Made by a program: the position numbers and the translations under genes
Notes under the pieces: generated by a model
What the model saw: only the letters and a program-made list of their open reading frames with translations
Told to the model about the DNA's origin: nothing
Databases searched by the model: none
In this document: positions 28,890 to 39,653 of the stretch, in pieces
How the letters are laid out: every line of letters starts with the position of its first letter
Numbering within the stretch: the stretch's first letter is position 1
Origin: a virus
Virus record (IMG/VR): IMGVR_UViG_3300030616_000506
Span: 32,001-96,000 of that record
Reading direction: 5' to 3' (one strand)
Length of the DNA stretch: 64,000 nucleotides

Positions 28890-29917
28890 TTTAAATCTTT
28901 AATATTATACATTGGTACATCCATAAACTTATTCCAATTAGGATCCAATTCTCCTTTGTTGTGATTATGCCACATCTTATATCTTCTAAGTTGAATTTTA
29001 GAGGGTTTCCAAGAATTAGCTCTTATATGTTTAACTCTAAATATATTTCTCATCATAATATCATCTCTAATTTGTGGTTTAGGAGCAGGATCATCTATTT
29101 CATATATATAATTTTGTGATGCAACTCTTTTGTATTTACTTATCATGGCTAATCTATTACCAGCATCCATATCAATACCGGCTAGGGCTCCATCGTATAA
29201 CTCATCATATCCATTAATTTCTAACATTTCTTCCATTGATACTGTAGCTGAACATGTCCAAAACATATTCATTGGTATCACTGGGTGTATTTCATCAGTA
29301 AATGTTAAAGGCTTATGTTCTCCTCTCCATCCATCCTTTATGAATTCTACCTTTCTAGGGCCTAATTTCTGTTCCTTTTCATAATTATACTTGTCCTTAT
29401 CGTATTTAATACACCTAAAGGATCTTCCCGTCATATATTTACCTTCTTTCCATAGGTTCCATATCTCCTCTAGTATATATTTATTGAATATGATTAAATC
29501 ATCTATATGCCATATAAGTTCTCCATCTGCATTAATAACTCCAGTATTCTTATTATTTGCTACTGTTTGATATTGTGGACCTAATTTATGCCATATAGAA
29601 GGTTTTTCCTTAACTAGCTTTATTGGAAAATTACATTCCTTCTGATATTCTCTTACGAGTTCTTCTGCATCTTCTGGATATCTATGGCTGATGATCAATT
29701 CAAAATCCTTAAATGTTTGGCTCTCCAAACAATTAAGGGTAGGCTCCAGTATATGTTTAGCATTGAACAAATTCCATCCAGCTAATTCTATAAATTCATC
29801 TGTGAATATTGAGTTATAATCATCAGTTTCTTCTAAACCTTTCTGTATTTCATTCATTTTATGTATAACATTTTTATTTAATCTGTTTGTAGTTAGTATA
29901 ACACTAATTTTATGCAT
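28880..29917 (-). CDS. Family 2-like glycosyltransferase
   Basis: ISVILTT, L..QTFKDFELII, KNTG...ADGELIWHIDD, INGYDE. Confidence 0.8.
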   Translation of the reverse strand: MHKISVILTTNRLNKNVIHKMNEIQKGLEETDDYNSIFTDEFIELAGWNLFNAKHILEPTLNCLESQTFKDFELIISHRYPEDAEELVREYQKECNFPIKLVKEKPSIWHKLGPQYQTVANNKNTGVINADGELIWHIDDLIIFNKYILEEIWNLWKEGKYMTGRSFRCIKYDKDKYNYEKEQKLGPRKVEFIKDGWRGEHKPLTFTDEIHPVIPMNMFWTCSATVSMEEMLEINGYDELYDGALAGIDMDAGNRLAMISKYKRVASQNYIYEIDDPAPKPQIRDDIMMRNIFRVKHIRANSWKPSKIQLRRYKMWHNHNKGELDPNWNKFMDVPMYNIKDLKWK

Positions 29918-31295
29918 ATAATCCTTCCTTAAGTTGTTTGTAATTATTATAAATTTTATCCTTATATTTACTATACTCTTCAGATACTTCTATGATTTCC
30001 TTTATTCCATCATCTATACTATACTTATACCTTATACCTAACTCTTTCATTAATTTAAGAGAATTTATTATATAGTCTCTCTTATCTAACATATCTTCTT
30101 TTGTTCTTATATCACAATCTGGTATAATGCTCTTTATCTTTTCACCTATTGTACGGATATCTTCACTCTCTGAAGATATATTGTAGGTTTTACCCTTAAT
30201 CACATTTATTGGAGCTTCTATACACTTCTTATATATAAGAGCTGCATCCTTTACATGACAGAATCCTCTATATTGATTTCCTCCATATATAGTTATCTCC
30301 TTATCTATACAACCCTTTATTGATAGAAGATTGATAACCAAATCAAATCTCATCCTATCTGATAAGCCATATAAAGTGCCCATCCTTAATATTATTGGTG
30401 AGAAGTTTTCATCTGATAACTCCAATATCCCCTTTTCTGATTCTAGTTTCATTCTTGCATAAAGAGATACTGGATTTAACTCAGATTTCTCATCTAATAA
30501 ACGGTTGTGCTTACTTGCTCCATATACACTACAGGTTGATGCAAATATAAATCTATTTATTTGACTATACTTACAAATCTCTGCAATCATCTTTGATGCT
30601 AAGTAGTTAATCTCTATTGTTTCTTCTGGATTTAAAGAGGATGCTTCATCTCCAACTATAGCTGCTAGATGAATAACAGCATCCACACTCTTGGTAGCTT
30701 CTATCAAATCCTTTAGGTTTCTTATGTCTCCCAATATAAATTTAAAGTTCGGATTGTTCTCTATTTTCTCTATACCTGATCTACCATAAGTTAGGTTATC
30801 CAAAACCTTAACCTTATAACCTGCATCCAATAATATCTTAGAAAGAACTGACCCTAAGTATCCTGCTCCACCTATTATTAAAATATTTTTTATTATATTA
30901 TTTTCCTTATACCCATCCTCTAATTTTCCTTGATAACCCTTTTCTGATATGAATATTACATCAATTATCTTATCTTCCTCATCTATTATAGGTATAGCTA
31001 AAACTCCTCTCTCAGGTAATTTCTTCCTTACATTTTTCTTGTTTAATATATTCTCTATAGTTAATTTATTCCATCCCCTTCTTAGGAATATAGGTTTCTT
31101 ATTTATGATATCAACTATATTATCTTCAACTGTGTGACCTTTTAGAATAGCACTCCTAATATCTCCATCTGTCACAGATCCAATCAATTTATTGTTTTCA
31201 GTTATAAATAATATACCATAACCCATTATATCTAACTTCTTCATTATACCCTTTAGGTTGTTTGATTTGTCTGCTATTATAGAATTCAATTTCAT
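29910..31295 (-). CDS. CBS-pair + NAD-dependent epimerase/dehydratase fusion
   Basis: N-terminal GSVTDGDIR...IPIIDE (CBS); C-terminal GGAGYLG, HLAAIVGD, STCSVYG, YARMK, RMRFDL. Confidence 0.88.
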   Translation of the reverse strand: MKLNSIIADKSNNLKGIMKKLDIMGYGILFITENNKLIGSVTDGDIRSAILKGHTVEDNIVDIINKKPIFLRRGWNKLTIENILNKKNVRKKLPERGVLAIPIIDEEDKIIDVIFISEKGYQGKLEDGYKENNIIKNILIIGGAGYLGSVLSKILLDAGYKVKVLDNLTYGRSGIEKIENNPNFKFILGDIRNLKDLIEATKSVDAVIHLAAIVGDEASSLNPEETIEINYLASKMIAEICKYSQINRFIFASTCSVYGASKHNRLLDEKSELNPVSLYARMKLESEKGILELSDENFSPIILRMGTLYGLSDRMRFDLVINLLSIKGCIDKEITIYGGNQYRGFCHVKDAALIYKKCIEAPINVIKGKTYNISSESEDIRTIGEKIKSIIPDCDIRTKEDMLDKRDYIINSLKLMKELGIRYKYSIDDGIKEIIEVSEEYSKYKDKIYNNYKQLKEGLYA

Positions 31296-32371
31296 TTATA
31301 ATATTCCTTTATTTTATCTGCTACATAATCTACTTCTTTAAATGTTAGGGATGGATATAAAGGTATATTTAATATCCTTTTAGAGATTTTTTCTGTTACT
31401 GGAAGTTTAATCCTTTTATCATAATATAGTGGAGTCAAATGTACAGGTGGATCAAAATAAGGTTTTGTTGATATTCCATTATCTAATAAATATTTCATTA
31501 GATTATCTCTATCATTCACTTCTATTGGCATCATTTGAAAGACATGATGAAAATATGGATTTATTGGAGGTCTATTAATGTTTATATATCTATGTAATTT
31601 ATGGATGTATCTTTCAGCTAACTTTCTTCTTTTATTAGAATATATGTAAATATCCTTAAGTTGAGAAATAGCCAAAGCTGCACATATGGTTGGCATTCTA
31701 AAGTTATATCCTAGATATATATATTCATCATCTTTTCTTCCATGTGACCTTATTAATTTTAATTTTTCATATATCTTATCATCATCTAATACTAGTAATC
31801 CTCCCTCTCCTGAAGTTATTACTTTAGTCTGACATAGACTATACATTCCACAATTTCCGAAGGAACCAGTATGGTCTCCATATATTCTAGCACCCATGGA
31901 TTCTGCTGCATCTTCAAAGAATAATAACTTATGATCTTCTGCTAAATCTTTTAGAGCCTTTGTATAATATGCTGGACAACCTGCATAGTGAACTACAGTT
32001 ATGGCTTTAGTTTTAGTAGTTATTTTTTCCTTTACTGATTCTATATCTAAACCATAAGTTTTATCCTCTATATCAGCAAAGACTGGTTTGGCACCAACAA
32101 ATGCTACTGAGTTTGCTGTTGAAATAAAGGTAAAGGAAGGTACTATCACTTCATCTCCTTGCTTTATATCATATGCTAACATCATAGCATGTAATGCAGC
32201 AGTTCCATTACAAAATGCCAAGCAATGTTTCCTACCTGAAAAGTCTGCTACTCTTTTTTCTAAATCTTCTATTTCTGGACCGACTGCCCAGAAATTTCCT
32301 CTTTTTATAACTGATGTTATTGATGATATGTCTTCCTTACTCCAAATCATTTTATAGAGTGGTACATTCAT
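31292..32371 (-). CDS. DegT/DnrJ/EryC1/StrS sugar aminotransferase
   Basis: NGTAALH, PSFTFISTAN, EDAAESMG, K.ITSGEGG, GYNFRM. Confidence 0.95.
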   Translation of the reverse strand: MNVPLYKMIWSKEDISSITSVIKRGNFWAVGPEIEDLEKRVADFSGRKHCLAFCNGTAALHAMMLAYDIKQGDEVIVPSFTFISTANSVAFVGAKPVFADIEDKTYGLDIESVKEKITTKTKAITVVHYAGCPAYYTKALKDLAEDHKLLFFEDAAESMGARIYGDHTGSFGNCGMYSLCQTKVITSGEGGLLVLDDDKIYEKLKLIRSHGRKDDEYIYLGYNFRMPTICAALAISQLKDIYIYSNKRRKLAERYIHKLHRYININRPPINPYFHHVFQMMPIEVNDRDNLMKYLLDNGISTKPYFDPPVHLTPLYYDKRIKLPVTEKISKRILNIPLYPSLTFKEVDYVADKIKEYYK

Positions 32372-33519
32372 TCAGCCTTTCCTCCATTTATAAGTGCCTC
32401 AAGTATATTTTTCTTTCTTTCCCAAGAGAATTTCCTCCTCTCGAAGATATTTCTATTCCAATATTTCTCTACTATTGTCCAGAACTCTTTATGAGTATAA
32501 CCAGTAAAGTCTAACCAATCATCTAGTATTTTCTGATCTAGTTTATGGTCATTATTCAATACTAATTTAACTGCAGTATCCCTATCGATATATCCATTCC
32601 ATATCCAATAACAAGCTACATCGGTTGCTCTAGAGAAACCTAATTTTGGATATTTTAACCAAGAGTTCAATAAGTATCCTGGAGTATCTATTGCATCATA
32701 GTCCTCTATGTAACCTGATCTTTTCCATTCATTAGATAAATCCTTGAAACCGAATTTCTCTGCAAGTTTGTGGTTAGTTCTTCCATCCCATGGTATAAAG
32801 TAACTTAAATATATAGGATCGAGTTTAGCATTATCTATATCCTTCTTTGTGGGATATTTGAGTGCATTCAAATCTTTTTCATTTATCCCCTTACTCTTCC
32901 AATATTTTAAATCTAGTGGTGTAGCTACAGTGTTATATATTTGTTCTTTAGCTGAATAAGTATCCTTATTCTGTACTCCTCCATACATAAAGCTAACATC
33001 CTCTCCATACACAACTAGTGAGATATTATAATTAATTGCTACTCTTAAAGGAACTACATAAAGAGCTAAATCTAGTGGCATAGCACCAAAACAACTCTCT
33101 TCAAATGCAATTCTTGTCATTTTTCTGGCTACATCTCTATTTAGATTGATAGATATAACATCACATCCAAATACATCGCTCATATTATTAAAGTTATGTA
33201 GTCCTGCTTTAGTCCATCCAAAGTATGTAGCTACATTTACCAATAAGGGATTCATCCCTAATACTTCCTTCATTATATAAATCTGGTAATAGCTATCCTT
33301 TCCGCCACTTACTCCAATTACACAATCATAATACCCATCATCTCTTCTATATTTATTACATAACTTAACTAATTCCTTCCATCTCTTATTCCAATCTATG
33401 GTTTTTCTATAGTCGTTAGACTTACAGGCAGAGCATATTCCATCTTCTCCTATAACTACTCCTGGTTTAGTGTTAGGTAATACACATTTCTTACAATACT
33501 TTATCATATTTCTCTCCAC
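32368..33519 (-). CDS. N-acetyl sugar amidotransferase (WbuX/PseA/PtmG-like)
   Basis: YCKKCVLPNTKP, C.AC, YDC.IGVSGGKDS, KYPKLGFSRATD. Confidence 0.9.
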   Translation of the reverse strand: MERNMIKYCKKCVLPNTKPGVVIGEDGICSACKSNDYRKTIDWNKRWKELVKLCNKYRRDDGYYDCVIGVSGGKDSYYQIYIMKEVLGMNPLLVNVATYFGWTKAGLHNFNNMSDVFGCDVISINLNRDVARKMTRIAFEESCFGAMPLDLALYVVPLRVAINYNISLVVYGEDVSFMYGGVQNKDTYSAKEQIYNTVATPLDLKYWKSKGINEKDLNALKYPTKKDIDNAKLDPIYLSYFIPWDGRTNHKLAEKFGFKDLSNEWKRSGYIEDYDAIDTPGYLLNSWLKYPKLGFSRATDVACYWIWNGYIDRDTAVKLVLNNDHKLDQKILDDWLDFTGYTHKEFWTIVEKYWNRNIFERRKFSWERKKNILEALINGGKAE

Positions 33520-33935
33520 TCATTATCTATAACATCAAATAGGATAGTTTTATCTCCACTTCCTCTGATTATACTTCTGGCTCTAACTTTAATGTTTGCT
33601 GGTATATTTGAGTTTGGTAATATAAGAGTATATGCTCCTATCACGGTATTGTCTCCTATACTTATTTTTCCATTGATTCCACTCTCAGTATCTTCTGATA
33701 TAATGGAACAATGAGGACCCATCTGAACATTATCTCCTATTTCTATAATATATTTAGCATTCATATGTGTAAAGTTCCCTATATCAATATTTTTACCCAA
33801 TTTTAAATTATCTGAATGTAAACATCTCCATCCATATTTTTTTCCTATTGGACATGATTTCCATCCTGAATCCTCATATGCCCAACCATCTTCATCAAAT
33901 ATAGGGTTTTTCCAATTTTTAAATCTATTCATCAA
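33504..33935 (-). CDS. Hexapeptide acyltransferase
   Basis: LGKNIDIG, IGDNVQMG, IGDNTVIG repeats. Confidence 0.8.
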   Translation of the reverse strand: MMNRFKNWKNPIFDEDGWAYEDSGWKSCPIGKKYGWRCLHSDNLKLGKNIDIGNFTHMNAKYIIEIGDNVQMGPHCSIISEDTESGINGKISIGDNTVIGAYTLILPNSNIPANIKVRARSIIRGSGDKTILFDVIDNEWREI

Positions 33936-34665
33936 TCAAATCAGCTTCCCATATTATTAACTTTTTACCATCTTTCTCTATATATGCTCCTCTATATGGA
34001 TAACTTAAAGCTCTAATTTTTTTATAAATATCATCTATATCATCATCTAGATTTATTTTATTATCTTTTAATTTAGGTTTATCAAAATAAATAGCTTTAT
34101 TCTTATCCTGGGGTATCCTAGGAGCAGTTCCATTCAATATTTTTGGTATATATTTTTTAATAAGTTCTTGACCACATTCTATCACATAACTATATACATC
34201 AGAGGAATCGCTATTCTCTCCTAAAGTGAAAGTGGATTGTCCTATTATATCTCCGGAGTCCATTTCTTCATTTATGTAGAACATAGTAACTCCAGATTCA
34301 GTAATATCATTTAATATAGTATTTATTATGGGAGCTGGACCTCTACCGAATGGTAATAATGTAGGATGGAATCCTATAAAGGTATATTTATCTAGTAGTT
34401 TCTTATCTATTATCTGTCTCCAACCAGCTACTATAATTATATCAGGTTTTAATCTGTCTAGTAATTCTTCCTGCTCATTTATATTATCTATTTTATATAA
34501 AGGTAATTCAAATACCTCAAAGTTATTATTAATATCATACATAATTGTTTTAGATTCAGATGATAAAGTTATTATGGCATCTACTATTCTACCCTTATAC
34601 ATTCTAGTTAGAGTCTGCAATAAATGCCATCCGAAGTCATTAGCTGATAACCATACTATTTTCAT
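33925..34665 (-). CDS. Sugar N-formyltransferase (Fmt fold)
   Basis: AGWRQII, HPTLLP.GRG.AP, DSGDII, IRALSYPYRGA. Confidence 0.88.
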   Translation of the reverse strand: MKIVWLSANDFGWHLLQTLTRMYKGRIVDAIITLSSESKTIMYDINNNFEVFELPLYKIDNINEQEELLDRLKPDIIIVAGWRQIIDKKLLDKYTFIGFHPTLLPFGRGPAPIINTILNDITESGVTMFYINEEMDSGDIIGQSTFTLGENSDSSDVYSYVIECGQELIKKYIPKILNGTAPRIPQDKNKAIYFDKPKLKDNKINLDDDIDDIYKKIRALSYPYRGAYIEKDGKKLIIWEADLIDE

Positions 34666-35312
34666 ATTATCTCCCTAATTAATTTAAATCCTTCTGCATA
34701 TGATGTATTAATTTCAGATCCTCTTTTTCTTGCTAGTGCAGTTATTCCACTTATTGATCTTGGATGTGGATGCTCCTTTAATTCACTACTATAGCATTCC
34801 ATGGCTTGTAATTTCTTTTTTATAAATTTGGATATATCTACGTATACATTTGGTGTAAATCCATAGAGTCCCCACTCAGTCTCTGATAATGTCTCATACA
34901 TAAATACTTTCTTTATATCACATCTATCAGGTCTAGAGGCAACCAATGAGCATTCTGAAATTTTTATATGATCTTGATGTAAATCTCCATTATATGGTAT
35001 ATATAGAATATCAGGTTTAATATCTTTAATTACTTCTGATATTTTATCTATAAGAGTAGAATAATCTATATATTTAGTTAAATCAGTTGTTGGTAATCCA
35101 AGTGATATAGAACTACTTATACCAAGAGTTTTACAGGATTTTAATATTTCATTCTCTCTGTTATTTATATAATCAATAGACCACTTAGGTTGATGAGGTT
35201 TACTAACTATACATAGATTTATCTCTTGTCCTTCATTACTATATCTAGCTATAGTTCCACCACATCCTAAAACTTCATCATCTCCATGTGGAGCTATAAT
35301 TAAGATTTTCAT
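34662..35312 (-). CDS. PIG-L/LmbE family de-N-acetylase
   Basis: APHGDDEVLGCGG, HQDH, YETLSETEW, AEGF. Confidence 0.92.
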   Translation of the reverse strand: MKILIIAPHGDDEVLGCGGTIARYSNEGQEINLCIVSKPHQPKWSIDYINNRENEILKSCKTLGISSSISLGLPTTDLTKYIDYSTLIDKISEVIKDIKPDILYIPYNGDLHQDHIKISECSLVASRPDRCDIKKVFMYETLSETEWGLYGFTPNVYVDISKFIKKKLQAMECYSSELKEHPHPRSISGITALARKRGSEINTSYAEGFKLIREII

Positions 35313-36118
35313 AATATCTCTCTAATAAATTTTATTACATTATCACTAGCATGCTTAATAGACATATCAGCTACTTTACTTTCTCTATCTTTATTTCTTT
35401 TTCCTATAGATATAATCTGATCTGGCTTTATTAAGAAATGAGCTTCATAGTATTGACATGAGGAATTTGTAATAAATCTATTACAATCCTTTAATAATCT
35501 AAGAAATTCTGGTCTAGGTAAGTTATAATGAGTAACCATATTCTCTAGTAAATCTGAATATTTATCTCCATTAGGTTCTATCCAAATATAGTTAAAGTCT
35601 CTAATCTTTTCGATATTTTCTATCTCTTTTAAGATATTCTCTTCCGATTCTCTAGTAACTGGATTATATAATATAAGATCATAATCTCCTTTCTTTACTC
35701 CATACTCTTTTGTTATATCAATTTCTTCATCCACTTCTAGATTATCTAACATTATATTACCTATTGTTATAACACAATATTTTTTATCAACACTTTTACA
35801 AAGGTCCTTCACTCTTTGCTTTGCTTTATTATTTGTACATAACTGAAAATCACTCATTAGTGTTATAGCATGTCTATATACATCATCATGTAATTCAAAG
35901 CTAGACTTCTCACCTGCCCATAGATGAATTATTTTTTTATTCTCTCTATATCTTTCCAAAACAAAGTCAAATGTTTCTTTTCTATCCCCAACAGCTAGTA
36001 TATAATCTGATTTCTCATAATCATCAGTATACATATCTTCACTTATTAACTTATCAACTAATTTGCTAATAGCTCCATTAGAAGCACGATTAAATGATGC
36101 TACAAAGATCTTAGGCAT
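35309..36118 (-). CDS. neuC: UDP-GlcNAc 2-epimerase, hydrolysing (NeuC/LegG-like, short)
   Basis: GDRKE, H..AGE, DDVYRHAIT, PNGD, NSS, IGKR. Confidence 0.8.
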   Translation of the reverse strand: MPKIFVASFNRASNGAISKLVDKLISEDMYTDDYEKSDYILAVGDRKETFDFVLERYRENKKIIHLWAGEKSSFELHDDVYRHAITLMSDFQLCTNNKAKQRVKDLCKSVDKKYCVITIGNIMLDNLEVDEEIDITKEYGVKKGDYDLILYNPVTRESEENILKEIENIEKIRDFNYIWIEPNGDKYSDLLENMVTHYNLPRPEFLRLLKDCNRFITNSSCQYYEAHFLIKPDQIISIGKRNKDRESKVADMSIKHASDNVIKFIREIL

Positions 36119-36771
36119 TTAACCATCCTACCAAATTGCTCTGGATTTATAGATACCAACTTATCAGGAGTATTCATATTATGAGTTAATGTTATATGTT
36201 TCTCAACTACTGAGTATTTTCTATCATAATATAAACCTCTAGTGTGATCTGATATACCTACATTATATCCCAATTTTTCTAATTCCTCTACTCTTTCTAG
36301 ATGTGAATTAAAACAAGGATATTTACTAACACAATGTAATAATGTTACATTAGCATCAGGAATATATGATAATGCTTTCTCTATTTCTTCTAAAGTTGCC
36401 ATCCCATCTTTGTGGATTAGACTTCCAGTACTTAGTAAGATAGGCTTATCTTTACTAGCTACCTCTCTTAAGAAGTTTATATTTCCTAAGTATGTACTAG
36501 CTATCTTATACATAGGTACTAAATCATCTAACATATGTATAGATTCAAAGGTATGAGGAGTACATAAAAAGGTTATATTTTTCTTATCACAATATTCTTT
36601 TAAATCTCTAAAATCTTTATCAAATAACCAATATTTTTGAAGATTCCTAATATGATAAATTCTCTGAAATTTTATTGCATCGGCATCTGCATCTTTAGCT
36701 GCATCAACTAATTTCTTAGCTATTTCTACATCTCCATTATGATTTATTCCAGCTTCAGCTATTATTATCAT
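36100..36771 (-). CDS. neuB: Nonulosonic acid synthase (NeuB family, no SAF domain)
   Basis: IIAEAGINHNGD, AIKFQ, KIAS, LSTG, HCVSKYP, SDHT, EKHITL. Confidence 0.93.
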   Translation of the reverse strand: MIIIAEAGINHNGDVEIAKKLVDAAKDADADAIKFQRIYHIRNLQKYWLFDKDFRDLKEYCDKKNITFLCTPHTFESIHMLDDLVPMYKIASTYLGNINFLREVASKDKPILLSTGSLIHKDGMATLEEIEKALSYIPDANVTLLHCVSKYPCFNSHLERVEELEKLGYNVGISDHTRGLYYDRKYSVVEKHITLTHNMNTPDKLVSINPEQFGRMVKCLRSL

Positions 36772-37465
36772 TTTCTACTATCACTACCTTTAAATTATAT
36801 AATAAATTTAACCCATTAAATAACATTCTCTTATTATTACAATAAACTGTCCAAGCTCTAATGGAATCTTTACTCTCTTTTATATCAAATGGCATTATAT
36901 GTTCTCTATGTTTGATTTTATATCCATTTTTTCCTAAAAAATTTTCTATAAAAGATATAGGAAATAGATTATATCCAGATTGCCAATATTCCTTATTTTT
37001 AGTTCTAAATTTTAATTTAACTTCTATATCATAGTCATTAAATATTGATACTAATATTAATATTCCATTATACTTAAGATGTTTTAAAACATTTTTTAAA
37101 ACTAATTTATAATCTTCAAATATAGTTAGAACTCCAACCATAGTTATTACATCAAATTTTTTATTTAAATTAAATTTTTTTACATCATCCACAAAAAATT
37201 CTATATTTTCCTTACTAAATCTTTCTTTAGCATTATTTATTAAGTTATCACTATTATCAAATGCATACAATTTATTTCTAATATTTAAACTTCTTTGTAG
37301 ATAAACTGGTAATTCTCCAGATGCTGTACCTATATCTAATATATCTATATATTCACTGTCATATCTTTTCTCTACAATATTTCTTATTTCCTTGTATATC
37401 TCTTTTATCATAAAGTTATCTCCCTCCTTTTTATAAATATAATCATTATCTATCATTTCTATCAT
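36755..37465 (-). CDS. Class I SAM-dependent methyltransferase
   Basis: ILDIGTASG, FDVITM.GVL, LKYNGILI. Confidence 0.85.
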   Translation of the reverse strand: MIEMIDNDYIYKKEGDNFMIKEIYKEIRNIVEKRYDSEYIDILDIGTASGELPVYLQRSLNIRNKLYAFDNSDNLINNAKERFSKENIEFFVDDVKKFNLNKKFDVITMVGVLTIFEDYKLVLKNVLKHLKYNGILILVSIFNDYDIEVKLKFRTKNKEYWQSGYNLFPISFIENFLGKNGYKIKHREHIMPFDIKESKDSIRAWTVYCNNKRMLFNGLNLLYNLKVVIVENDNNS

Positions 37466-38030
37466 TTTTACTCTCCATATAGTATCTAGCTAGCCTAAAA
37501 TCTTCATATGTATCTATATCTAATGAAGATTCTCTATCCATTAAAATAAATCCCATATTTTTTGTATAAATCTTATCCTTAAATACATATACTGCACCAT
37601 TTGGATAATATACATATGGAGCGATTTCTTTTACTGAGATAACTGATTCAAAGCTACCTTTTATATAAGTTTCTATACATTTATCTATATGCTTAGCTTT
37701 TCTTAAAGGAGATGTTGGTTGTAATAATACATAAAAATCTGGTTTGTGATCATGAGGTATCCATAAATCTAAGTCATCAACAACTTCTTGTGATGTAGCT
37801 GTATCTGTAGCTAACTCTCTAGGTCTATCTCTTTCCTTTAATCCATATTTCTTACCTATCTTTAATACTACTGGATCATCAGATGATATAAATATATCAT
37901 TTATATATTTAGATTTCTTAGCTTCTTCTATGGCATATTCAATTAAGGTCTTATTATTTATAGTTCTTATATTCTTATGTGGTAATCTTTTTGATCCCTT
38001 TCTAGCTGGTATAATTCCGTATATTTTCAT
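37446..38030 (-). CDS. neuA: CMP-nonulosonate synthetase (acylneuraminate cytidylyltransferase)
   Basis: IPARKGSKRLPHKN, SSDD, RP.ELATD, LQPTSPLR, NGAVY, DIDT.EDF. Confidence 0.95.
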   Translation of the reverse strand: MKIYGIIPARKGSKRLPHKNIRTINNKTLIEYAIEEAKKSKYINDIFISSDDPVVLKIGKKYGLKERDRPRELATDTATSQEVVDDLDLWIPHDHKPDFYVLLQPTSPLRKAKHIDKCIETYIKGSFESVISVKEIAPYVYYPNGAVYVFKDKIYTKNMGFILMDRESSLDIDTYEDFRLARYYMESKNDRNDR

Positions 38031-38031
38031 A

Positions 38032-38892
38032 TTAAAAATTATGTGCTGGATAGCAATCCTTACATAATGTTAGAGCTCTGTGATTCATATTATCTAGTAA
38101 GGCTCTAATCCCATCCAACTGTGGATTATTATTCCATATATCATATAAGGAATTTTTATGTATATTTCCTATAGTTAATAAATTATCATAATCTCCACAA
38201 CATGCTGTTACCTTTCCATCCCAATCTACACTTAATTTTCTATGAACCTCAGTACAAGGTATATGACATCTCTTAGTTGTTTGATCTAACCTTTCCCAGT
38301 TTGTCTTACCTACACTTACTTCATCTACTATTTTAGACCATTTATTTAAGAATCTATTTTTTCCTTTAATATCATCAGCTGTAGTTGTTATATGTATATA
38401 GGGTTTATCTCTATCTCTTCTCATTTCTACTAATTTCTTTATATTAGCTTCAAGTATATCATATGGAGCTCCTCTAATGTATTCATACTCCTTTTTGTTT
38501 AATCCTTGCATTGAAAATATGATTGAATCTAATTTCATATCAATTATTGCTCTCATATTAGATTCTGATATAACTAATCCATTATTTGTTATATGTAATA
38601 AGTGATCAGATGATTTTATCAAATTTGAGAAATCTATTATATGAGGATGTAAGAAAGGCTCTCCCCATCTAATAAATCTAATACCGACATCTTTTCCCTT
38701 AATTTGTTTTAATATTAAGTTAAATGTCTCTCTAGACATAAATCCTTTATCTCTCTTCATTATATTTCTAGAGCACATTTTACACATTAAGTTACAATGA
38801 TTAGTTAATTCTACATCTATTATAAGAGGAAAATCTCTACTCTTACTTAAATCATCATCGTAATATTTCCTAAAAGGATTATCTCTACTCAT
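38032..38892 (-). CDS. Radical SAM protein with SPASM/twitch domain
   Basis: CNLMCKMC, GEPFLH, C...DGKVTACCGD..IGNI..IWN...CKDC. Confidence 0.92.
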   Translation of the reverse strand: MSRDNPFRKYYDDDLSKSRDFPLIIDVELTNHCNLMCKMCSRNIMKRDKGFMSRETFNLILKQIKGKDVGIRFIRWGEPFLHPHIIDFSNLIKSSDHLLHITNNGLVISESNMRAIIDMKLDSIIFSMQGLNKKEYEYIRGAPYDILEANIKKLVEMRRDRDKPYIHITTTADDIKGKNRFLNKWSKIVDEVSVGKTNWERLDQTTKRCHIPCTEVHRKLSVDWDGKVTACCGDYDNLLTIGNIHKNSLYDIWNNNPQLDGIRALLDNMNHRALTLCKDCYPAHNF

Positions 38893-39653
38893 TAATCTCC
38901 ACCACTTAAAGTGAATATTTCACCTGATGAAAAACTTCCATAATCTGATGCTAGGAATTCTATCATTCCAGCTATCTCTTCTGGTTTACCTGCTCTACCT
39001 AGGGGTATCATCTTAATTCGTTTTTCTTTATCTCTATCAGTTCTTCCAAGCTTATCATGTATTGGAGTATCAGTATATCCAGGTCTTATACAATTAACTA
39101 ATATATTATGTTTAACTCCTTCTTTTGCAAATCTAAGAGACATAGATTCTATTCCTATTTTTGATACTGCATAATGTACTGTATTAGGACTTCCCCCATA
39201 CTTAACTGATATGGAGCTCAAATTAATTATCTTACCTCCACCATTATTCATCATAAATGTGTATGCATCTCTCATAAGAAAGTATGTAGCGAATAAGTTA
39301 AGATTTAACATCTCTATGAAATCTGATTTTTCTAGATTTAGAAAATTTCTTGAAGAAATTGTTCCTGCATTGTTAACTAGTATATCTATTTTACCATAGT
39401 GATTTATAAACCTACTAACTAGAGATTTGACAAATCTCTCATCTGTAAGATCTCCTTTAAAGATTTTACATTTATCTCCTTCTAAATGCTTGATTTTATC
39501 TATATTAGAGTTACAACACACTCCAACATAAGCTCCATCCTTAAGAAACATCTTAACTGCTTCTAGACCTATTCCAGAGCTTCCTCCAGTTATTAATACT
39601 CTCTTATTATTTATTCCCCTCATAGTATTTAACCCAGTTTTCAAAGTTTTCAC
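38892..39653 (-). CDS. Short-chain dehydrogenase/reductase
   Basis: TGGSSGIG, NNAG, YAVSK, IPLGR.G.PEE. Confidence 0.93.
   Translation of the reverse strand: MKTLKTGLNTMRGINNKRVLITGGSSGIGLEAVKMFLKDGAYVGVCCNSNIDKIKHLEGDKCKIFKGDLTDERFVKSLVSRFINHYGKIDILVNNAGTISSRNFLNLEKSDFIEMLNLNLFATYFLMRDAYTFMMNNGGGKIINLSSISVKYGGSPNTVHYAVSKIGIESMSLRFAKEGVKHNILVNCIRPGYTDTPIHDKLGRTDRDKEKRIKMIPLGRAGKPEEIAGMIEFLASDYGSFSSGEIFTLSGGD

Noticed and set aside
33925-34665. Methionyl-tRNA formyltransferase
   Set aside because: Short, and flanked by a deacetylase, acyltransferase and amidotransferase; sugar N-formyltransferase fits better
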